A stretch of 62,998 nucleotides of DNA, the filler included, from Dugesia japonica (taxonomy: Eukaryota): NCBI GenBank assembly GCA_001938525.1. It is 6 parts of 6 records of this genome, joined end to end, with 100 filler letters (N's around TTAATTAATTAA, not from the genome) between each part and the next. Parts side by side here need not be neighbours in the genome. Positions count along the whole stretch, not along the records: positions 1 to 11,924 come from MQRL01530001.1; positions 12,025 to 22,103 come from MQRL01634024.1; 4 more parts are not named here. One strand, written 5' to 3'. Positions 11,905-22,203 of the stretch are shown here, one piece after another. How positions within the stretch are numbered: the first letter of the stretch is position 1; every line of letters starts with the position of its first letter. The translations under genes and the position numbers were made by a program. A model generated the notes under the pieces. It ran no database searches. It saw nothing but the letters and a program-made list of their open reading frames with translations, and was not told where the DNA came from.

Positions 11905-11924
11905 GGTATCTAGGTCATTGGTTA

Positions 11925-12024
11925 NNNNNNNNNNNNNNNNNNNNNNNNNNNNNNNNNNNNNNNNNNNNTTAATTAATTAANNNNNNNNNNNNNNNNNNNN
12001 NNNNNNNNNNNNNNNNNNNNNNNN
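11925..12024. other. Artificial scaffold-joining spacer (N44-TTAATTAATTAA-N44)
   Basis: The same 100-bp construct recurs five times; the 12-mer has stops in all six frames. Confidence 0.95.
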
Positions 12025-12742
12025 AATCTTAAAATGGTGTTTGAGAGTTTTGACTATTTTTTGATTTTTTTTAATTTTAAAATTCAAAAGTTCCAGCTCA
12101 ATGACTGAATTCAATTAATATTAAATTAATTCATCAAATTTTATATGAAATTCTATAATTATCTGATAATTAAAAATGATGAATTAATTAATAATAAAAT
12201 TAAATAGCAAAACTTTATCAGAAAAGGCAAGCAAGTATAAATTTCATAAAATTTCTGCAATAATAAAACCAACCATCAGAAAATAAATCAATTTTTTGAA
12301 CTATATGACATGATAGTTGAATTTAGTGCATAAAAATCAATAAGTTGAATTTATTGAATGGACTTTGAAAGTTAAAACTTATAAATTATTCATTTCTTTC
12401 AAAACAAAGTAAATAAGTAAAAACCAGTAATCCCTTTGAATTCATGCAAAACATACTTTTGAATACAAAAAGTAAACAGTTTTTCCAATTAATTTCTAGA
12501 AATCATATCAAATTAAAAAAATAGTTTATTTAATAAAATAAAAAATAATTTTAATCTGAAAATACGAATAAATATTGAAAGCAGGAATTGTGTAAGAATT
12601 AATATAACAATAAGAACACCAATGATGTAAAGATCAAAATTATGTTCAAATAGAAAACTCAATATTAATCTTTGAAGCAATTTCCTTTTAAAAAATCGAG
12701 GGAAATATTTTCTCAATAGGATAAACAAAATTTAAGTTACCA

Positions 12743-13194
12743 GATAACTTTCGTTTTGTTGTTGGTAATAATTTTTTCCCAACAGCTAGAATACATATGA
12801 AATAGTATAAAATAAAATAGAAAATATTTATTCTAATTTCTATTTCAAATAGAAAATATCAAAGAAAAGTATNNNNNNNNNNNNNNNNNNNNNNNNNNNN
12901 NNNNNNNNNNNNNNNNNNNNNNNNNNNNNNNNNNNNNNNNNNNNNNNNNNNNNNNNNNNNNNNNNNNNNNNNNNNNNNNNNNNNNNNNNNNNNNNNNNNN
13001 NNNNNNNNNNNNNNNNNNNNNNNNNNNNNNNNNNNNNTATCAGCATTACTTCTATTTTCAAATGAATAAATAACTTATCAATGTAATTAATAAATTAATA
13101 TGACTAACGAATTAGTTTGTTCGTTTATACCCGCTGTTGTGATTGCGTCGTTTCCTTTAGTATTCAACTCGGAGTTTGATTCACCAATCATCAT
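12743..13194 (-). CDS. Two phase-compatible short exons of an unidentified gene
   Basis: AG/GT-bounded segments translate to MMIGESNSELNTKGNDAITTA and AVGKNYYQQQNESYL. No domain was recognised. Confidence 0.3.
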
Positions 13195-13964
13195 CTATAA
13201 ATTTAAAAAAATAAAATATCAATTTACCTATTATAAATCAATTTGTTATTGATTATAAATTTATTAAATAAAAATATATTATATTTCATTGATTTTCGTT
13301 TAATTAATTTTTGTCAAATTAATTTCAAGCACGAAAATTAACAACAGAATAGCAGAACTAGAAAATTACATATTAAATTAAAAATCCTTCAAAATTTTCT
13401 TTAGAAAAATAATATCAATTCTTTCATATATTAAGATAAAATAAAATATCATTATTTCGTTAGAATAATGATGGCGTTTTAATAATTTAATAAGCCTAAT
13501 AAATGATATTCTACATAAGTGTGAAATTCATCTATTTCAGATGAATTTGACACCATAACGCCTGAAAATTTTTAATTAAGGGGTAAATATGTTTATTTCT
13601 GTTTGTTTTGTTCTTAATTCCCATAGTTAGAAAATAGTGATTATTTAAACAGTCAACTTTGTTTGAATAATAAAAAATATATATCCTTAAATAAATACTT
13701 AATATTAATGGCAAGTCTTTTTACTCCCATAACTACTGACATGTGAAAATCTAAATTAGTTTTTAAAGTGTCAGATTGATAATTTTTATTATTGGCATTG
13801 TTGATATTTCCAGTGACGCAAAATGCTCTTTTTATATTCAATACATTATAATCAAATGTTATTCAAACTTCAAGCTCGACGTTATAAATTTAATTATTAT
13901 TTAATATAATTAAAAAAACATTATAACAGTTCAAGGGTAAGAAAAAAATCATAATAATAATAAA

Positions 13965-14020
<56 letters not shown>

Positions 14021-14070
14021 NNNNNNNNNNNNNNNNNNNNNNNNNNNNNNNNNNNNNNNNNNNNNNNNNN

Positions 14071-14136
<66 letters not shown>

Positions 14137-14137
<1 letters not shown>

Positions 14138-14960
14138 TGCAAGATAGATTTATTCTTAAAACAGACCATAAAGTTATCACTTTTATGCTAAATACCAAGA
14201 AACCGATCACATTACAGTTTCAAACTTGGATTAATTACTTGAGCAGTTTAGATATAAAACTGGAATATAGAAAAGCATCGTTTCATACAAATCCGTATAT
14301 ATTGTCAAGGAGTAAATACGATACATGTGTACAATGTCTAATGTCACATGTTATTAAGATCCCAAGAGAGGAAAATTAAAAACAAGGATGTTATATACAG
14401 TAGATATACAAACAAAGCAAGGTAATTTTGGAGAAAATGATGAATAAACATGGATAACCGATGATAAAATAGAAGAGGTTATAATGAGGATACACCATCT
14501 GTTATGTCATGCTGGAGCAGGAAAAGTAGCAGNATATATAAAGCATNAATATAACGCGAAACATTTGTAGAGCAAAGTACAAGAGGTTGTCCGAAGCTGT
14601 ATAACATGCCAGAAAGCTAAAGTGTTGTCTACAAAAACGAAGGAAGAAACGAAAATGACACAAGACAAGATGAAGATACCATACGGAAGGCAATAATGGG
14701 GAAGTGGATATTAAAGTTCGGGTGTCCGAGAAAAATGCAAGTTGATTGTGGAAGAGCATTTGAATCTAAATCAATGAAAGCTAAACATGGAATTACTCTC
14801 AGGTTTTCGAGTTCATATAATCATAATACAAATGAAAAAATCTAGAGGCAGTTTAAAACTATGCGAGATATGATAAATATGACGCTTAAAAAAAGGAAAA
14901 CCTCAGATTGGGTAGATGTATTACCAGAGATAGAATTTACCTTGAATGCTACAAAACAGT
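14137..14960 (+). mobile_element. Ty3/gypsy pol remnant (RNase H C-terminus and integrase)
   Basis: RFILKTDHK...WINYLSSLDIKLEYRK...ILSR; integrase HHLLCHAG; MQVDCGRAFES; DWVDVLPEIEFTLNAT. Confidence 0.85.
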
Positions 14961-15385
14961 CTATCAATTTAAATATAATGGATGTAACGCCACATACATT
15001 GAAGAGACTTCCCGTCATCTCTGCACCAGTGTTCAAGAGCATAATCGAAATAGAGCAAATACTAATTTTGTTGAGCATCGGAGAAAATGTATAAAATCAA
15101 TAGTGTTTTCTGATTTTAAAATCATGTGCAGTGGGTTTAATAATTATTGGGAGAGAGTGGTGTGTGAAGTTTTGTTGATAAGAGCAATAAATCCTAAAAT
15201 TAATGTTCACTTGATGGATTCAACATCGCTCTTAAAATTNTTTTATTGATTATTTATTGAGATTGCATAATTGAAATTATATAATCACTTAAACTTTGTA
15301 AATAGTTTGTTTTAATATTCTTTAATTGCCTGATGATGACGGTTATTCCGTCAAAATTGATCGCAATTAACAAATATTTTAAAAA
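14955..15385 (+). mobile_element. Penelope-like element 3' end (GIY-YIG endonuclease and pLTR)
   Basis: VYQFKYNGCNATYIEETSRHL..SVQEH...EH...ERVVCEVLLIRAINPKIN, followed by a hammerhead motif. Confidence 0.85.
15322..15370 (+). ncRNA. Minimal type-I hammerhead ribozyme motif (G12A mutated)
   Basis: ttaattgc CTGATGA T GACGG ttatt CCGTC AAAA ttga TC gcaattaa: perfect 8-bp stem I and 5-bp stem II. Confidence 0.75.
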
Positions 15386-15558
15386 ATAGTGTTCAATTAT
15401 TTATTTAAAATGCTGATATTTGATATTTTCCGTTTCAAATATAAATTTTTAAATTTGTTTGAAATAAACGAATTAATATTTAGTTTTTGTTTTGTGAATA
15501 AATCTTTCATGGAAACGAGTTTTGACATTAATTACGCGATGAGTACTTGTCACTCATC

Positions 15559-15612
<54 letters not shown>

Positions 15613-16598
15613 NNNNNNNNNNNNNNNNNNNNNNNNNNNNNNNNNNNNNNNNNNNNNNNNNNTGTTAAATTTAGAATAGGTTGATAGTGAATATTGATGA
15701 AATAAATTTTAAAAAATTCCGAATTAATTGCCTAAATTTATAATTAAGGTCAATTTGATTTTTGATAAAATATATCACGAGTAATATTAAAAAAATTTGA
15801 GTAATATTTACAGATAATATCGGTTCAATTTAATTTAAATTATTTCAAGAGATGTTTGTCAATGTATACTAATTCAATTTAAATAAAACTAATGAAACAG
15901 GTATATTTATTGCGAAATTATAAATATGATGTTTAATTTAAATACATTCAGTTAATATGTTATGAGAAAATATTTGCATAGATTATTTTTAACGGGAAAA
16001 TAATTCAAATATTCATTAATCATCAATTTTAATTATCAAGTAATTGATAAATTTTAATGAATAATAAATATTAACTGAAATCTCGTATTTTTACAATAAA
16101 CATTAACAATTATTGGATATTTGTAAAATTTAATTANNNNNNNNNNNNNNNNAAAAAAAATAAAAATAAATGTCTTGTAAATATTTTTTCAACACAATCT
16201 TAGATCTACGCTATTTTTATTATATATTAATATTTATTTTAATAAAACAAGGTTTCTCGAATGACGAGAAAACTATTTTTTTAAATTTCTAAAATTGATA
16301 ATATTTCATCCAGTTTTTATTTAAAATTAATTTGAAATAAAAAAATTTTTAGTTTTCAACATATTAGTTAAATTAACATTATTACAAATGTCCTTCGAAA
16401 AAGTTATGTTAAGTTTTTTATAGTTGAAGAGAATGTTAATTCATAACATAATTCATAATATTCTTGAAATTTAAAAATAAAATATATTTTGAAAATATCA
16501 ATTTTAATAATCTGCATCAATATAAATTTTCATAATATATATTTAATATGTATTCGTAATAAATTTATAATTACTTTTTTAATATTTAAATAAATTTC

Positions 16599-16760
16599 AA
16601 TAATTTTACAATTGGAATTATTGCGATAATAATTGTTGGACGTGACCATTGATCGTTTTTCAGAATTCATTTAAAATAAAAGCTTCGATCAAAAATTGTT
16701 TTCTTGGTTTTTTGATAATAATTTTATATTTTGACTTTGTCTTCGGTAGGAATTGATTAA
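16599..16760 (-). repeat. Copy of the hammerhead-bearing dispersed repeat (core mutated)
   Basis: Reverse complement of the 17775-17932 unit. The core reads aattc CTACCGA A GAC aaa GTC AAAA. Confidence 0.75.
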
Positions 16761-16849
16761 TACATTTTTTACTCTTAATTTTTCAGTGGGGGAGGCACAA
16801 AATATGAATCTTGTCCCCGGGCGCCAAACACACTAGCTACGCCTCTGTT

Positions 16850-17134
16850 ATAGATGTAATGAAAATTTTAGTAAAGTCATAAAAATTGGACAAGATTAAG
16901 AATAAACTTCGTGGTCAACGGTTTCAGACCCCAGAGGAGGCAGTAGATGCTTTTAAAATGGAAATTTCGGCCGTCACAGCTGATGAATGGAATAACTGTT
17001 TTAACAGTTGGTTTGAACACATGCAAAAATGTGTTAATCTTGATGGAGAATATTTTGAAAAACAATAAAACATTTTGAGTCTTTTTAGTCTTATTTTTAT
17101 GGTTATATGCAGAACTTAAAAGACCACCTACGTA
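16850..17134 (+). mobile_element. Mariner 3' end with TIR
   Basis: KIKNKLRGQRFQTPEEAV...WNNCFNSWFEHMQKCVNLDGEYFEK; terminus ...aagaccacctacg-TA. Confidence 0.85.
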
Positions 17135-17781
17135 TGATTTTAATTTCTCTATTTTAATAATTGGAAAATTTATGTAAAATGGTTAATGACCATCTTAAAT
17201 TAAATTTTGGCTCAATCAAAATTTTCGACTACTGGAGACATTTTTTTGTGTATATATTAAACTAAATATTTTCTTTGTCCACAATCCTCATTTTGTATAC
17301 GAGAATAGTGAGGATGAAAAATAAGCTGATCATACGACGTAGCCTGTGTTCCTGTGTAGTTTTAAGTGATAGTTTTCCAAAATCTGTCTTTTTGTGCCCG
17401 TGTAAATTTTATATTTCATAAATATGCCAGACTACTTAAAAGAGATTGCCTACCCCTGATATAATATATAATATACAATAAATTATTAAAAAATTTCATA
17501 AAGTATAAACTATTAAACTTCCTTTCAAAATGCTTCATACGAAATAATATCGATTTTATTTCAATAATTTATTTTATTCTCACCTGATTATAAGCAAATA
17601 CATAAATAAATATTGTTTCAGTAACACGAAGTAAGGAAATGTCAAAATAAAAATCTTTCTTTTGGAATTTTTCATTTGTTAATTAAATGGCACTATTANN
17701 NNNNNNNNNNNNNNNNNNNNNNNNNNNNNNNNNNNNNNNNNNNNNNNNNNNNNNNNCAAAAATTGATAATTGAAAAAAGTC

Positions 17782-17816
17782 AATTCCTGACGAAGACATA
17801 GTCGAAAATTAGAATT
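17782..17816 (+). ncRNA. Minimal type-I hammerhead ribozyme motif with intact core
   Basis: aattc CTGACGA A GAC ata GTC GAAA at TA gaatt: stem I aattc/gaatt, 3-bp stem II, palindromic AATT in place of stem III. Confidence 0.7.
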
Positions 17817-18064
17817 ATTATAAAAAACAAAAAAAACAAAATTCTATCGAAGCTTTTATTATATTTTAATGAATTCTGAAAAACGATGGTTACGCCCAAC
17901 AATTATTCTCGCAATAATTGCCATTGTAAAATATTTATTATATTTGAAAAATACTAACAGAACTTTAAAAAAAACATTTATTAACATCATAAATAATTTA
18001 TTAAAATCATACAATAAATTTATCAATAATACTGGCCAACGTCAAATTTGTTATCTAAATTTTT

Positions 18065-18685
18065 TAAATGACCTTTGGTAAAAAGAAGACCAGGAACTAT
18101 GCAGAGCTTGTCACCAAAATTCCGAATGTTTTCAGAAACCTTGGATGCAACATAAGTATCAGAAAGTATTACTTATTCTCACATATGGATCGGTTTCCCA
18201 AAAATCTTGGATCAATGAGCGACGATCAAGGGTAGAAATTTCGTCAGGACATAGAGGAGATGGAGACTAGGTATCATGGACGCTATGATTTAGTCATGAT
18301 GGCTGATTACTGTTGGACTCTAAAGAGAAACATTCCTAACGCTGAACATTCTAAAAGTTCAAAGAGACGAATGTTTTTGCCCAATATTTTGAACAATAGT
18401 GACCTAATATCCAATTTATATGTACTTACATTTATTAATGCCTACTGTTAATGTACACTAATTAACTGTTGAAACATTTAATAAATGAATTGTGTTATAA
18501 AATGATTTCTTAAACTGAAAAACTTATTTTGGAAAATAAATATTAACAAAAATGTAATAGATTTAGTTATAAGATTAGATTTTTAAAAATTGAATTTACA
18601 CAAAAACCTGACCTGATAAAAAATAAATTATGTCATTGTCAAATTTAGCAGTGCAAAATTGTTTAAAATCAATTGTAACTCAGTG
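18065..18685 (+). mobile_element. Chapaev3 (CMC superfamily)-like DNA transposon 3' part
   Basis: NLGCNISIRKYYLFSHMDRFPKNLGSMSDDQG*KFRQDIEEMETRYHG...MMADYCWTLKR. Terminus ...ttgtaactcaGTG followed by TTA, consistent with CAC...GTG ends and a TWA target. The family name is from recalled motifs. Confidence 0.7.
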
Positions 18686-19029
18686 TTACAATTTATTTTT
18701 TAGACTTTATTTTTTAATAATTTATTCATTGATAAAAAAAGAAAGTTAATAAATCATTTGAAAACAGTCACGATGTCAAAGTTTTACAAAGTTGAGCCAA
18801 TTCAAGATTTTGATTTAATTACATAAAAATTCCATGAATAATTCGAAAGCACGATGATTACTGATTAGAAATAATTAACAAATTCCGTATAAAAAATGCA
18901 ACTATTAAATTAATTTTCAGTATTATCAAGTAATATCAAATTACTATCCGATTTTTCTAATATATAATAATTTTAATGAAAATTTATTTGTTAGTTGCAA
19001 TTTATGTAAAACAATATTCTAGTAATTAT

Positions 19030-19187
19030 TCTCAATAATATAATTACAATTATTGTGAGAATAATTGTTGAATTTAACCGTTTGAGATTTCATTTAAATA
19101 AAGAAAAGGCTTCGATCAAAATAAAATGAATTTCTATAAAAAATACATTTTATTTTGATCGAAGCCTTTTCTTTATTTTAATGAATG
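19030..19187. repeat. Fold-back (inverted) copy of the dispersed repeat family
   Basis: aaataaagaaaaggcttcgatcaaaataaaatg ... cattttattttgatcgaagccttttctttattt. Confidence 0.85.
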
Positions 19188-19213
19188 CTCAAGAATATTA
19201 TAATCAAATTACT

Positions 19214-20050
19214 AATGTGTTCAAAATGAAAGGTGACTTTTTAATTTTAAACTCGCGCAAAGTCATTCGAAAAACTCTTCCCATATATTGGTCCAATTAA
19301 TTAATTTCAATTTAATATGTCTACCTTTGAAATATATTTTCTTTGTTTATTCGCATCAATTTTTTACATCATTCGATTGTTAAAATAGGTGATATATTTG
19401 AACAAAGAAGTAGTATTAAATGTTGTGTGAAAAATACAATTAATGCTACGGACACGCTAAAAATGATGTATAAAGCATTGTGTGATTAATCACTATCAAG
19501 AATATCTATATTCAAGAGGCATCTTGTCAGAGAAAGTCGTGAACCAATGAAAGATGCGCATCATTCTGGTCATCCATCAACATAATTGAAGAAACTGACA
19601 AATGAAATTAAAAGCAAAATAATGCTGAAGATGTTGGCATATCAAAATATTTAATAGACGTAGTTTTAATCGAAATTTTTAGTATTGAAGCGTGTGGCAG
19701 CATAAATCATTCCAAAATCATTGAATATTTTACAAAAATAACATCGAGTGGATATTTCTAAAAATATGTTTGAACAAGTGAATAATGATCCAAAATTCAT
19801 CAAATGTATTCATCGCATGCCATGCGATTTTTTATGTTTAGTCAACGAAAGACACCACTTCGAGGAACTTGCTTTCGTCGGTAGAATCAAGAAAACAAAA
19901 ATAGAAGGATGTGCTGATGGAAATTTAAAAATAGAGAATAAAAAGTGTTTCGAAGACTAGATTTAACGAGAAGATATTATTTTGAAGGAGACAAAAGACA
20001 TTTGGATGAGTAAATAAATATTTTGTGTTTTAGTTAAAATTCACTAATGA
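19214..20050 (+). mobile_element. Degenerate, internally deleted mariner element
   Basis: EQRSSIKCCVK...DTLKMMYKAL...RE...KDAHHSGHPST N-terminus; NDPKFIKCI; C-terminus KKCFED*...YFEGD. Confidence 0.75.
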
Positions 20051-20329
20051 AATTTAAATCTTTCAAAAATTTTCAAAATACATTAACTTAGTAATGGACT
20101 GACTATGGCCTATAAAACAGATCTGGCTCAGCGCAGTGCTTGAACAATAGAGTAGAAATTTATAATTTCTGTATTTTCTAAAAATTAATATAAAAGAATT
20201 GAATATCCATTTTTTTNNNNNNNNNNNNNNNNNNNNNNNNNNNNNNNNNNNNNNNNNNNNNNNGCTAATATAAAAGTTTATTCATCAGTGCTATAATCAA
20301 TCAAATAAATAAATTAGAAAAATAATTAA

Positions 20330-20487
20330 ACGGATAACTCCTAATAGTATGACTATTTTTTTTCAATAGTCATACTAATAAATAGTAAGACCACTATTAT
20401 AATATTTTAAATCCAAATAGTATGACCAAATTTAATAAAAATTCAAAAAAGAACTTTTTTTGGTCATACTATTTGGAGTTATCCATT
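20330..20487. mobile_element. MITE with TIRs and internal AATAGTATGAC repeats
   Basis: ggataactcctaatagtatgac ... gtcatactatttggagttatcc; the motif recurs about 5 times in both orientations. Confidence 0.7.
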
Positions 20488-20639
20488 AATTATTAAAAAA
20501 TAAAATGGTAATTAAATTTAGAAAACATAGGTTTTAAAGGTTCAAAAGAAGAAACTTGTAAAATAAATACATGGCAGTAAATTAAAGAAATTTACACTGT
20601 CACTTCGAATAAGACATATTCTCTAATTAAATTCAACTT

Positions 20640-21147
20640 ACAGCTTTTGTCGGTGGTTTTCGATGTGCCATTCCACCAGATTTTCTAAGTTCTGCTTTGT
20701 TTTTTGCTGACTGATTATCAAGTAACTTAGTTGTATTTGTCAACTCTTCAAATATGTCATCATTTTGATCGACCAAGTTATTAGAAAAATTTATATTTGT
20801 TACTGGAATGTTGCCACTATCTTTTTTCTTGGGTATTCTTGATGTTATTTCAAAATTTTTACTTATTTCGCGTGTATCATCATCCTCACGACCATCCATC
20901 TCAGATGATGATGATGACGATGATAGAGAAGTATAATTTAATTCTTCTGGTTGCATTAAAATTTCTGTAAAATAAGATAACAACGTAAATGGTGTGCCAA
21001 CAAAAATAAATTAATACTATGTGGTAAATTTAAATTGTTGGGAGATAAAATTTTACGATTATCGATATCTTTAGTAAAAACATTTTCAATTTCAACTGCA
21101 TATTCATTTGAGGTAAATGCAGATAATTTATTTCGGAGGAATTCCAC
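20640..21147 (-). CDS. Two exons of a host gene with a TNKS1BP1/KIAA1671 C-terminal-like motif
   Basis: ORFs 20956-21147 and 20633-20983 join in frame across a ~53-bp GTATT...TTACAG intron. The second exon ends at GTAAGT and contains DIFEELTNTTKLLDNQSAKNKAELRKSGGMAHRKPPT. Confidence 0.6.
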
Positions 21148-22103
21148 CTGAAAATATGAAAAATATTTCTTGGTTGGAATTAAATATTTAATGTACTTGA
21201 GCTTCTAAATTCTGGACTTTATTTTCATATAATGCAAATGCCTTACTCTGTTCTTTTTGTTTTTCCTCCCTATTCAATAAAAAATATTTATTATTATTTA
21301 TTTATCAACAAAAACTAATTAATTAAATAATACAAGCTTTATTTTCCTGAATTACAAAAAATTATACCAAACCAATACAAAGTAAATTACCAAATATGTT
21401 CTAGAAAATTCATCTATATGAAATTAAGATTTTAAAAAGAATAAAGAATTTAATTTAGTAAATTAAAATGAATACAATCAATAAATTTCTTCTAAAATAA
21501 TTTAACTGGAAAGTATTATAAAAATTAAAACAACCTTAAATGTTATTTTGGCGTAATCATGACAATATGGCATAAATTTTGTTGCTTAGTAGCAAACACA
21601 TCAAATAATGGTAAAAACAATGTCAGAACTATATTGTATATTTCTTTTCTTGCCAGTTGGTATGACAAAACTAATAAATAGATTTCTTTATTTAGATTTT
21701 GTTGTTGACATTAAATTAAACATTAAACTAATAGGTTGAATATTGCTATTGAATATAATTATAATNNNNNNNNNNNNNNNNNNNNNNNNNNNNNNNNNNN
21801 NNNNNNNNNNNNNNNNNNNNNNNNNNNNNNNNNNNNNNNNNNNNNNNNNNNNNNNNNNNNNNNNNNNNNNNNNNNNNNNNGCACATCAAAAACCAAACTA
21901 TATAGATAATAATTTGAGACATAAATTGTTTTATTTGTTAAGTAAGCATGAAATCTCTTTAATTATTATGTATTGCGTTATCTGCGCTTGTTTCAATGTA
22001 CACAAAAGTTTTATATTCAAATTATTCATTATATTTTATTAAAAGTATTCTTTTATTACAGGTATTCTTTTTATTGCACATATTCCCGTTATTATGTATC
22101 TAA

Positions 22104-22203
22104 NNNNNNNNNNNNNNNNNNNNNNNNNNNNNNNNNNNNNNNNNNNNTTAATTAATTAANNNNNNNNNNNNNNNNNNNNNNNNNNNNNNNNNNNNNNNNN
22201 NNN
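22104..22203. other. Artificial scaffold spacer
   Basis: N44-TTAATTAATTAA-N44. Confidence 0.95.

Larger units (their letters stand above)
4420..11924. mobile_element. Degraded endogenous Polinton/Maverick (adintovirus-like) element, truncated by the scaffold end
   Basis: Intronless remnants of a packaging ATPase, pPolB, penton and a possible cysteine protease lie together. The left boundary is approximate; no TIR, integrase or major capsid was identified. Confidence 0.85.

Noticed and set aside
11969-11980. Recurrent TTAATTAATTAA palindrome as a biological motif
   Set aside because: It is always flanked by exactly 44 N on each side, so it is an artificial all-frame stop linker.
13890-14210. 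Poly-Tyr/Ile/Leu/Asn ORFs (also 27280-27547, 44081-44308, 47956-48216)
   Set aside because: Translations of (AAT)n microsatellites and N gaps.
16786-16847. Complete hAT MITE (cagtgg...gctacgcctctg)
   Set aside because: One TIR is decayed and there is no TSD; only a fragment. The same applies to the Charlie-like end ggttgagaaacactg near 29998-30012.
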